Positions 47,311 to 56,683 of a DNA stretch of 64,000 nucleotides are shown in pieces. The stretch is taken from NCBI GenBank assembly GCA_047495785.1, contig JBLDXI010000031.1, forward strand, positions 496,001-560,000, read 5' to 3'. The DNA is from Lepidodermella squamata. Its lineage: Eukaryota > Animalia > Gastrotricha. The stretch's first letter is position 1. Each line of letters opens with the position of its first letter. The notes beneath the pieces were generated by a model, which saw nothing but the letters and a program-made list of their open reading frames with translations, had not been told where the DNA came from and made no database searches. Position numbers and translations under genes: made by a program.

Positions 47311-49890
47311 TCAAGCCGATGGAAAAAACACAAGAACACCGAGAATGGTAGAAGTAGTTAGCATGCAAGCAGAAGTAGCCATCATCTGCCGAACGTAGTC
47401 CCCATCAAGTATCGTATCAATCAGAACAGTTCCATAGAAAACCGCCATCATCAACACGTAAGCCAATCGAGTCATGTTTAGACCATGAATTTTCGCATTA
47501 CTGCACAATCTTCGCAATGCCCTCAGCTCGTGGACGATGAAAACTCCAGCGGCCAATATTAGGCCATGAACTGCGACGAGACAAGCTATCCATCCATAAT
47601 CGCCCTTCGAGTAACATCTCGTGATGCTATTGACTATGAAGGAATCAGATGAAGCTACGTAGTATTGCGAATGAAATTCTGTAACCAAAGCAGGCGAGTG
47701 AAGTGATAACCACCACATTAGATAGACAGAAGAAACAATAAAGAATCCAGCTGATCCGATGATACTAGCCTTGTCCAATGTAGCTTCCAGATACTCAAAG
47801 TTGTAAGTCTTACTCATCGAGGACACCCTTGAGAGTCTTGAGACGGTAGAAGCAGTCCTTTCCCGCATTTTTAGCGAACTTCGACGGTCACCTCCCTTGA
47901 ATGAGACCATAGTATCAGTCCTGTCTCTAATCTTGAATGAAACAGTCGAAGCATTAGTCCCAGATCTTGAACGAGGAGAGGTTGAAATCATCGAAGCATT
48001 AGTTCCGCTCCTATCTCGAAAAGGTAGTTCGCTATCCTCCGGGGTTTCGTCTAGTGGCGATACAATTTGGATTCTCGAGGCTGATAGAACGCTCCGAGTC
48101 ATCCGTCTAGCAGTTCGAAAGCCATGTTTCACCTCAAGATCGAGTCTATAGACCTTTTTCAGCTCAAAGTAGGTTGATAGGAGCCGGCTGAGTAAGAAAC
48201 CCTGAAAAATTGCGATCCCACATGTTGGCAGGATTCTTTGAAACAAACAAATGGCTCCATCGACTCCTGAATTCAAAGGAAAGGCTATCAAAACGGCTGA
48301 AATGTTGAAAAGGATGCACCCTAACGTGAAAATCCCTCGCGAGATAAGTTCTCCATAATTTTGCCTCGATTTCAAGCTCTGACGAACAACTTTGCCGAAA
48401 TTCATTAGCTGGACCAAGCAAAGCAAGGATGCGAAAGCCAGGGCGACATGGAATGCACCGGTTGGGACGACTAGATTTACGCTTTTCAACGACCAGCCGT
48501 CGGCGGGAGGTTTTCCATTCGGAGTAAGCCATTTGATGAATCGAAATTCCTTCCGATCATAGCTTGAGTAGTTATAAGGATATGAACTAGCTCGGAATAG
48601 CTCGAAAGAAGCTAGCACCAATCTCCCTTCACTTGGAGACCATTGAACAGCAACGTAGTTATCAAAATCCAACTCAAGCCTCTTAGAATATCGGAAAGAT
48701 CCAATCCTAAGACCCACGTAGTCAAGATTTGAAACACTATCATTGACGATTCTAGCGATTTTCCTCGGAAATCTACCGTAATCCGTAAGAGAAATGTTGA
48801 ATTCTGACTTGAGCCGCTTTTCAGCCTTGTCGAGGGATAAAACTGTTTGAAGAGCAACATCATGGCATAGGAATCGCTTATCATAATCTTGAGGGATAGT
48901 TTCATTTGAAATTCTCATCAACCTCGAGTCGAATTCCATTTGATTGTAGCCAAGGTTGGTCCAAATCGACTCGTCCTCATTCTCAGAAGCCCAGCCAATC
49001 CAAAAAGCTCGCTTCAACTGCTCGAGAATGATCTTTTTCGAACAGCCGATGACTGAATCCTCAGGGATTAAGCTAGGATCAAAGTATGAGGAATACAAAA
49101 GAATGAATGCATATCTAGGCCCGGTCATACCGCCTCTAAACGCCAGGCATAAGAAATGCAGGACTTTTCCTGGATTTGAGATGTCGAGAACTGTTATTCT
49201 GGTATCAGAGTCCTTCAGACCTTGAATAGTAGTCTCAGTGATTTGCTCAATCAGCTCGAAATAGGATATTTGGACCTCGATTTCAGCTGCTTTCTGTTGG
49301 AGATGATTGGCGATACTTGAGTCCAATTTGTCATTTTTCATGGCTAAAATTCCAATTTTCTTCCAGCGGCCAATCTCCCGAATGAATTGAAGTTGCGGAT
49401 AGACGAGAAGTTCCCCTGGAGATCGAGTTCTGTACAGGTTAGGATGGATCCTACGATTAGCTGGAGCCTCGCACCCATAACTCAATTGAACCATATCGTA
49501 GTAGTGGACATGGCTAGCTAGGGTTAAACAACCATCCGATGAGTAAGGACCGATAATGATAGGGGAGATGCTTAAAGAATCACTTTTCTCGTCTTCAAAT
49601 TCTCGCTTCAAGTCAGTGACGATTCGAGTGGATGAAATTCCCTGATCACCTTCGTCATATCTTTGAATTTCAAGATGGATGTTGGGCAGAATGTCTCGTC
49701 TCCAGTTGACTTCGGAAAGTACGATTTCCATAGCGAGATTACACGATTCGCCGAAGTGGATGTTTTGTTTGGGATTCGGCATCAGGGCGGGTATTTTCAG
49801 GGTTCTTGGCTTGATTTTCCCCTCGGCGATGTCTACCGAGAAAATCGACGCGGCAAACGAAAATTGCAATAATAATTGAGATAAATTCAT
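47311..49890 (-). CDS. Class C GPCR, GABA-B-like, distant paralog with a very long ICL2, intronless
   Basis: EVNWRRDILPNIHLEI, IIGPYSS, VQLSYG, NLYRT, WKKIG, GMTGPRYAFI, PPAD, then 7 TMs; the ORF ends right after TM7. Confidence 0.92.
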   Translation of the reverse strand: MNLSQLLLQFSFAASIFSVDIAEGKIKPRTLKIPALMPNPKQNIHFGESCNLAMEIVLSEVNWRRDILPNIHLEIQRYDEGDQGISSTRIVTDLKREFEDEKSDSLSISPIIIGPYSSDGCLTLASHVHYYDMVQLSYGCEAPANRRIHPNLYRTRSPGELLVYPQLQFIREIGRWKKIGILAMKNDKLDSSIANHLQQKAAEIEVQISYFELIEQITETTIQGLKDSDTRITVLDISNPGKVLHFLCLAFRGGMTGPRYAFILLYSSYFDPSLIPEDSVIGCSKKIILEQLKRAFWIGWASENEDESIWTNLGYNQMEFDSRLMRISNETIPQDYDKRFLCHDVALQTVLSLDKAEKRLKSEFNISLTDYGRFPRKIARIVNDSVSNLDYVGLRIGSFRYSKRLELDFDNYVAVQWSPSEGRLVLASFELFRASSYPYNYSSYDRKEFRFIKWLTPNGKPPADGWSLKSVNLVVPTGAFHVALAFASLLCLVQLMNFGKVVRQSLKSRQNYGELISRGIFTLGCILFNISAVLIAFPLNSGVDGAICLFQRILPTCGIAIFQGFLLSRLLSTYFELKKVYRLDLEVKHGFRTARRMTRSVLSASRIQIVSPLDETPEDSELPFRDRSGTNASMISTSPRSRSGTNASTVSFKIRDRTDTMVSFKGGDRRSSLKMRERTASTVSRLSRVSSMSKTYNFEYLEATLDKASIIGSAGFFIVSSVYLMWWLSLHSPALVTEFHSQYYVASSDSFIVNSITRCYSKGDYGWIACLVAVHGLILAAGVFIVHELRALRRLCSNAKIHGLNMTRLAYVLMMAVFYGTVLIDTILDGDYVRQMMATSACMLTTSTILGVLVFFPSA

Positions 49891-50362
49891 TTTTATAATA
49901 ATGAGCTATCAATGAATGAATGAAAAATGATGAATATAAAGGTGTGGACGCAAGGGTAGCTGATAAATATATGGCACACGAATTTCCGCTTGTTTTCATG
50001 TTGATTACGATAAGCATCTTTGGCACTGGAAATCAAAACTTTTTGAGGCATAAAAAACGTGCAAATGCTGTTTACGAAGACTGAATTATTACCTAGTGCT
50101 TCCTGTTTTTACATTAAGGAACTGCGTCTTGATCGATTATAAGATCATATGACAGCGATAGAAGCATCTCCTGATTACTCACTATACGGGATCGAAAAAA
50201 ATCACCGTAAATTTTGATAAATCTGAAATTTCATATGAATTAGTGGCATAAACATCAATAGCTTCAAAACAGTCTGGTAAACATAAAACAAAAAGTAAGT
50301 CTCGTCAGATTTATTTCAGAATTTAGAATACAGTTTTCATCTTTCAGCCAGACATGCGTCAT

Positions 50363-51091
50363 TCAGCCGGATTTCTTCGCGCTCTTCTTTGCAGGCTTCT
50401 TCTTTGGTTTATCTTCTTCGCTTGAGTTTGAGCTCGAATCACCTCCCTTCGAATCATCCGGCACCATCTTCCGCTCTCCAGACTCTTCACTGCTCGAATC
50501 CCCAGAGCTTTCATCACTGCCATTCCTTCCTTTCCCTTTCCCAGCGTTCGTGTTTGGCTTACCAGGCTTGGGCTTATTAATGACCTCATCTGAGCTGGGC
50601 TCCTTCACTTTACCTCTCCCGCCCTTTTTCTCCTCCTTTCCTTTTTTCTTGGAATCTATCTTGCCCTTCCCCTTTTTACCAATCCCTGACGACTCATCTT
50701 CGCTACTTTTCCCAGCTGAGGATTTCTTTCCATTGGGCTTTGGAATCGCTTCCTTCTTCCCCTTGCCGCCTTTTGCTGGAGGGGGATGATCCTTCTTGCC
50801 CTTGGTAACCGAGGCCTTTTCTTCACTTTCCTCCTCCGACTCTTCTGACTCGGGCTTTGGCTTTGGCGGAGCTTTCTTCGGTACAGGTTTAGCCTTTCCT
50901 TTCGTAGTCTCGGCTTCTTCCTCTGAATCTTCAGAGATATCCGTTGCTTTCCTTCCGTGCCCGCGCTTCGACAGTGTTTCCACAGCTTTCGTGTCATAGA
51001 CTGCACCACTCAGAGGCCCGGTCCATACATCAGCTGAAGCAAGCTCAGCTGCGACGAACAAAACAGCCGCTGCGAACAGATATAGCTTCAT
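50363..51091 (-). CDS. Secreted Lys/Glu/Ser/Gly/Pro-rich low-complexity protein
   Basis: Signal MKLYLFAAAVLFVAAELASA, alternating acidic-Ser and Lys-rich blocks, poly(A) signal downstream. Confidence 0.85.
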   Translation of the reverse strand: MKLYLFAAAVLFVAAELASADVWTGPLSGAVYDTKAVETLSKRGHGRKATDISEDSEEEAETTKGKAKPVPKKAPPKPKPESEESEEESEEKASVTKGKKDHPPPAKGGKGKKEAIPKPNGKKSSAGKSSEDESSGIGKKGKGKIDSKKKGKEEKKGGRGKVKEPSSDEVINKPKPGKPNTNAGKGKGRNGSDESSGDSSSEESGERKMVPDDSKGGDSSSNSSEEDKPKKKPAKKSAKKSG

Positions 51092-52249
51092 TTAGTCCCA
51101 GAAATTGATCTAGAGAAGAGAATAATTAACATTTAAAAATTAAAAACGATGACGTGGTGAAGAGGATGTTAGAAAGAGGGGGCAGTCAACTGAACTAGAA
51201 TAGTGATCTTACACTCAATTAGCCATTAGCTAATTGGAGAAAAATAAACTATGACATACATCAAAATGATGAGCATCAGCAAAATTGTTTCTGATAATAA
51301 CTGAAGCTTTCGCTTGCCGCTATAAGTCTGTCTGATCCTGTAAGCTGTAAGATCGTTTTTCTTAAAATCAGCTGTTCGCGATCTTCTGAGCAGCTGGTAA
51401 CAGGAGCTTTAATCATAAACACTCGAACGTTGACCTACTTAGCTGTCTATGCCCGCGACCTGGCTTCATTTTTTTAAGAGACTGCAGGCGGGGAACGCGG
51501 CTGAGAATTAACCAAAAATACGCTCATACGGCCTCAGGGCCGCGTCTGCACCTGAGGGTAAACGTGGACTTGTGGCCAAACTCCAGGTCGATATTTATGA
51601 AAAGTCTGGGCTATAATGCCGTTCATTTTTGATGTTTCAATGGTCTTTGATTGAGCGAGAACGAAAAGACCACACTATTTCTAATTTCATCGTGTTTATC
51701 TAAGCCTACATGTGAAAATTCTTCCAGCTATCGCAGCATTTATAAAATCTAGCTGGATAAGGGATCAACAATTGTAATTTTAGAATACGAGCAGCGTCGA
51801 AGATTTACGTTTTTCTGATGGAGGATAATGACAGCAGGTTATCCAGTCAAAGATAGCGGCGGTCTCTACCCGGGGCGCCCGGTCGATGCAGGGCCTCTGC
51901 ATCTTCAACACTGAATGTGGGAAATCAAATTGAAAATGAAATAAGTAAAACGTGTCCCTTGAGTAGCATATGCTGAAGAACATATGCTGAAAGGATATTA
52001 AAGTCTAAATATCTCATGAAAAGAATCTTAGAAAAATATAAAATGCCATAAGAACGTAACAAAATATTTCTCCGAACCGAAAAGCAACAAACAACTTTGC
52101 CATCAAGGTTTCAATGATTTCTTTGAAAGATTTTTTATTTCTTCGGTAAAATCGTGGATAAAGGATGGAAAATTCCCCTAGTAAGCTTAAAGCTTAACTT
52201 TAAAATATTGGTTTAAAATTTAAAAAAAGACGTTTGAAGTCACCAATGG

Positions 52250-52372
52250 CAGAGAGCGAAGTAGGACCGTTGAACTGGCTAGGTTGAGTCAAATCGACAT
52301 AAGGATCCCCCTTTGGTCTTTTATTGAGTTAGCCATGCGGACCGATCGAACTGATCGTGACTTCGCTCCCTG
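52250..52372. repeat. Dispersed stem-closed element, copy B
   Basis: Ends CAGAGAGCGAAGT / ACTTCGCTCCCTG, with the same internal boxes as copy A. Confidence 0.7.
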
Positions 52373-52583
52373 GCTTATGGGATGCGCTATAGCTATATTT
52401 TTGAGGTCATTGACCATATTAGAGGTTTGGTATGGCCTCACTTGTTACGGCTGAAATCGGTAACCATTTTCATGCATTATAAATAGCATCCAATCCGAAT
52501 TCAACGCGTTTTTCACACAACCTTCAGTTTATTTATTGATTTCGGGAGAACGCACATTATCACTAATTATGGTGTCTTGTGTC

Positions 52584-53087
52584 TTATTGCCATTCAACGC
52601 TATCAGCTGGATCGCCGATGCGGGCCTTTGGAGAAGCTGCTTGCCTCTGAACGCCGTCGAATTCTGTCGAATCATCGTAGCCTCGCGTCTTGATATCTCC
52701 CGGTGCTTCAGATCCGATCGGCATGTCATCACCAGTCGGTTCAGATCCGATCGGGGTGTCTATATTGGACGGGTTCACTTTCTGACCGGCTTCTGCACCG
52801 CCTCCAACTGAATCTCCCTTCTGCTCCTCTTGGTGGCCAAACAAGCTCAGCATTTTTTTCTTGCTTTGTTCCACTGCTTCCGCGTTCTTCTTCATTTTTT
52901 CCCTGAGTTCCTTCAACTGGGCAAGTAGGCCGCTAAACATTGAATCTTCGTCTGCGTCTCCGTCTGCGTCTCCTTCTGCGTCTACTGGTGGCTGCTGTTC
53001 ATCCTTAGTTGGCTGTTGTTCTCCATAAGCGAGGTGGAACACCAAGACGAGCAACAAGAGAGAAGGAATCGCACGCAGCAGCCTCAT
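52584..53087 (-). CDS. Secreted acidic protein with a coiled-coil-like segment
   Basis: Signal MRLLRAIPSLLLLVLVFHLAYG, splice acceptor TTTCAG immediately before the ATG, LLAQLKELREKMKK heptads, PIGSE repeats, AATAAA downstream. Confidence 0.85.
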   Translation of the reverse strand: MRLLRAIPSLLLLVLVFHLAYGEQQPTKDEQQPPVDAEGDADGDADEDSMFSGLLAQLKELREKMKKNAEAVEQSKKKMLSLFGHQEEQKGDSVGGGAEAGQKVNPSNIDTPIGSEPTGDDMPIGSEAPGDIKTRGYDDSTEFDGVQRQAASPKARIGDPADSVEWQ

Positions 53088-53474
53088 CTGAAATGATTTT
53101 CTAATAACGTTTCAAGCAATGAAATTACAAAACCTTTGAGATTCAACCCTATTTGAATGCATTGCCTCCAAGATGACTGAATGTTAGGTCGTTTTCGTAA
53201 TCCAGTCTGATTCTTAAAGCTCCATGTTGATCGTTTGAGTGATTAAGCAGCAGCTGTTAGAAACTTGCAACCTTTTTCTCGCCTCATAGACAACACTGTA
53301 ACGGATAGGATCTTTCCATAGTGAATTTATTCGAGCAAAAAGGGCGGCACGCGACCACTTTTTATGCCACCCAACGCCCTATAATTTTAATTATTTCCAA
53401 AAATTAAAAAAGTGGCAGGTACCTCTTTCGAAAATTTTCTGCTCATAAATACTAGAACCGTCCCTCTATCTAAT

Positions 53475-53640
53475 TACTGTATACGGCTTAATTTTCGTTG
53501 CGACTTTATTTTCGTTATTGGCGTTTTGAGGCCTGTACATTAAATTTCGTGGTTTTTATTTTCGTGATTTCAGAAAAAACAACGAAAATTTGAGCCACAA
53601 CAAAAATTAAGTCGCAACGAAAAATAAACCGTCTACAATA
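53475..53640. mobile_element. Small MITE with TA-flanked terminal inverted repeats
   Basis: TACTGTATACGGCTTAATTTTCGTTGCGACTT / AAGTCGCAACGAAAAATAAACCGTCTACAATA. Confidence 0.7.
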
Positions 53641-53741
53641 TACCAGGTACACTTTGTGGTCCCTTGTGGATAATTTTCTAAAATTCGCCAAAAAGGCTAT
53701 ATTTGGTGTTTTTGGGTGAAATTGCCACTCATCCGCCACAG

Positions 53742-54072
53742 TTGGGTCGTCCGGTTATTTTTCTGAAAAATTGAAAAAATTAGTTTAAGCATATTGAGAA
53801 TTCTCTCTATCCGGCGATATAAAATTTGTCTGGTAATTGATTTATTTTAATTTTCCGTTTATTTTCGGCCTTGCCACATGGACTTTGACTTCTCTCAAAG
53901 CGTTGCTTGGTTTATAGACATTTTGAAAATAATAATGTGTGGGGCTCAGAAAAAATCGGAAAATTAAAATAAATCAATTACCCGACAAATTTTATATCGC
54001 CGGATAGAGAAAATTCTCAATATGCTTAAACTAATTTTTTCAATTTTTCACAAAATTACCGGATGAGCCAAT
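53742..54072. mobile_element. Foldback element with inverted arms over 110 bp
   Basis: 53750-53857 is a near-perfect reverse complement of 53957-54063. Confidence 0.85.
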
Positions 54073-54233
54073 ATAAGAAATGAAGAATCGGGGGTCTAAA
54101 TGCGTTGATAAAGCTGCATTAAATCATTCTAATTTTTTAATGATAAGATCCGCCTCCGGTATCACCATAACAACGAATCCATCTTTGGGAATCGGATAAG
54201 CCTAAAAATCTTTACGCTTTCGAAGATCGATCA

Positions 54234-54358
54234 CAGAAAGGAAGTAGGACAGCGGAACTGGTTAGGGAATGAAAATCGACATCACAATGGACCTACTTTG
54301 GTCTTTGACTGAGATTGAACTGACAGGAATAATCCCTACCATCCCTAGCGGTACTCTG
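54234..54358. repeat. Dispersed stem-closed element, copy C
   Basis: AAGTAGGACAGCGGAACTG, ATCGACAT, TGGTCTTTGACTGAG, GAACTGA, CCATCCCTAGCGGTACT; closing stem GATCACAGA / TCTGAGATC. Confidence 0.7.
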
Positions 54359-54573
54359 AGATCAATGCGAAACAGGTCTTACGCGTGGTCTCTCAAATTT
54401 CCAAAAATGGTTGCCATAGATCCCATATTCAAATTTCTCCGGATTAGAAGAAACATCAGAAACATGGCTTGAAATCGTGTTTTATATATAAGTCAACGAA
54501 ATCGTGGATCACATATTTTTTATTTCAGTGATTTCAAAGCCTTAGCACATGCAGCACATGAGATTCAGCCAAT

Positions 54574-55101
54574 CTAAATACGCCTAAGCCTCTTGCCAGA
54601 TTTCTTTCCACGCTTTGGCTTCGGTGTCGTAGCTTCTTCGGGCGCTTCTTCGCCCTGCTCGTCACCGCGAATACGCCTCAGCCTGTTGCCTCCTTTCTTG
54701 CCACCCTTGCCTCGTTTCGGCTTTGGCGTCGTAGTCTCCACAGGCTCGTCCTCCAAACCATCTTGGCGCTTCTCCTCCTCGGCTTGCCAGGGAAGGCTGC
54801 GACGAACGCGCCTCAGTCTATTGCCGCCTTTCTTACCACCCTTCTTGCCGCGATTCGGCTTTGGCGTAGTGACTTCATCCAACAAATCATCTCCTTCATC
54901 GCCTCGCTTCTCCTCCGGGGCCTGCTCCTCACCAAACTCTGACACGTCAACAGGTGGGCGGTGGCGTTCGTAGCCCCGGGTTTCGACTTTGTTGGCAGCT
55001 TTGCGAGATTCGGCAATGATCTTTCTGCGGCAAGTTGCGAGGTCGACAAGAAAAACGCAGACTACCGCTGCAAGCATGAACTTTGCGAAGATTGGCTTCA
55101 T
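54574..55101 (-). CDS. Secreted repeat-containing peptide-precursor-like protein
   Basis: Signal ...MLAAVVCVFLVDLATC (start 55101 or 55077), three E.TTPKP.RGK..G..RLRR modules separated by acidic spacers, RVRR and KR sites, TATAAA near 55177. Confidence 0.85.
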   Translation of the reverse strand: MKPIFAKFMLAAVVCVFLVDLATCRRKIIAESRKAANKVETRGYERHRPPVDVSEFGEEQAPEEKRGDEGDDLLDEVTTPKPNRGKKGGKKGGNRLRRVRRSLPWQAEEEKRQDGLEDEPVETTTPKPKRGKGGKKGGNRLRRIRGDEQGEEAPEEATTPKPKRGKKSGKRLRRI

Positions 55102-55835
55102 GATTTGGATTGCAAAAGTGTAGGAACTTATAAGAATGAGCACTTACTATGTTTCGAAGGACCAGCAGCAATTTATAGGATGAAAGCTTAACTAGCTGTC
55201 TGAAGCAGTGGCGCTATGAGGTAATAGAGACTCGATTGGATTACGCCCACAAGAGATTAATTAGCAGATGTCTGAAGAACAATTTTGCCGACATGAATCA
55301 AGTTCTAAGTTCATTCAGCTGGCAGGTATTCCAGAAAATAAAAAAAAAACATTGAGTTCTTAGAGCAAATAAGTAACCTGTTCAAGCAATTTTTCGAAAA
55401 TCAAAGGTATCCAGTTGGATAGTACACAATACACAACTTCTGAAAAAAGCCTATCCTGAAATAATCCTGGAGGAAACGCGATTGAATCTTCACATTTCCA
55501 AAGAAATTACTGAAAAATTACTAAAAACTCCAAATATCCCCGCAGCAACTACAGATTTCACTCCCCTTTCCCCTGTCTTCAAAACTGCGGAGTTCAGTAG
55601 ATTCTCTAACATGGCTTTTACAGGTCTTCAAAGTTCACGCTTCAGAAATCACAAAGAAAGGACAATCCTGTGTGTTGGCCATGTAGTAAAGCAGTGGTCA
55701 ATCATTGTGATTTGTCTTATTCAAACGATTCTCCCTTCTTTAACAAAATCGCCGTGTTTCTTCCTCATTTTTATTGACGAGAATTGAGAAATCATGATTT
55801 TTCTTAAGTCAGTAAATCCAGGGAAACTTTCAATT

Positions 55836-56084
55836 TCACAGGAAGCCTTTCTGCGGTCTGCCCTGCCAAATTCCAGTTAGGCCATTCCTCGCATTCGGCA
55901 AACTTCTTGGAGGTCCAGCGAGAACCACAGGCCGAGCGTCAATGTCACGATCATTTGCCTGAACACGATCTCCACGTTTATCATCGATTTGCCCATCTTC
56001 ATCAAGATCGTATCCGTATTCAGCTAAGCACAGTTGAAAGAGAACGACGCAAACCACGAAGCGCAGAATAACATTGGAAATCAT
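55836..56084 (-). CDS. Small secreted peptide-precursor-like protein (82 aa)
   Basis: Signal MISNVILRFVVCVVLFQLCLA, acidic pro-region, KR site, C-terminal ...RNGLTGIWQ-GR. Confidence 0.7.
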   Translation of the reverse strand: MISNVILRFVVCVVLFQLCLAEYGYDLDEDGQIDDKRGDRVQANDRDIDARPVVLAGPPRSLPNARNGLTGIWQGRPQKGFL

Positions 56085-56275
56085 TTTACAGTAGGCTCTC
56101 AAATTAAGTGAGCAATATCTAAATTGAATGTCTAGGTTGGATTTTCCAGGGCTCACACATTCTTTAAGACCGTAGACTAATAAAAGCTCATTAATTGTAT
56201 GATGGCTGGTCGTATTTGAAGCCTGATGATACGCGAAGGAACTGAATTAATGTGTTATATTCAAACTATTGAAAC

Positions 56276-56683
56276 ATGTCTTACAAGCTGGTTGTAATTT
56301 GCTCTCTCCTAGCGCTCTGCTCATCGCTTGTTGCAGCAAAGGACCAATCGGTTCCTTTATCGGAGCGATGCGATTACGTACGCCTGAATGTGTCTAGCAA
56401 TGGTGGATGCGTCGTGCCGCCTTACAATGTAACCATTCACGACATCGCGACGGGGCAATGCTCAACACGTCCGCTTTTCGAATGCGAAGCGCTCGATGCA
56501 AGAAGCTTCTCGTTCGCTTCGATTGAGGAGTGTGAGAAAACCTGTGTGAGCAAAAGTGACATCCCAAAGAAATCGCCTGTTTTGAAGCAGTTGAAGGCGA
56601 TTAAAGGCACGAAGAAGGGCTTTCTTGGAGCGAGGCCGAATAGAAGGAAGAATCGGTCAAAAAAGTTGCATTCAAGGCTCTAA
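56276..56683 (+). CDS. Secreted divergent Kunitz/BPTI-domain protein with a basic tail
   Basis: Signal peptide, six Cys in Kunitz-like spacing (C..GGC..HDIATGQC..FEC..FASIEECEKTC), K/R-rich C-terminus, AATAAA near 56734. Confidence 0.75.
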   Translation: MSYKLVVICSLLALCSSLVAAKDQSVPLSERCDYVRLNVSSNGGCVVPPYNVTIHDIATGQCSTRPLFECEALDARSFSFASIEECEKTCVSKSDIPKKSPVLKQLKAIKGTKKGFLGARPNRRKNRSKKLHSRL

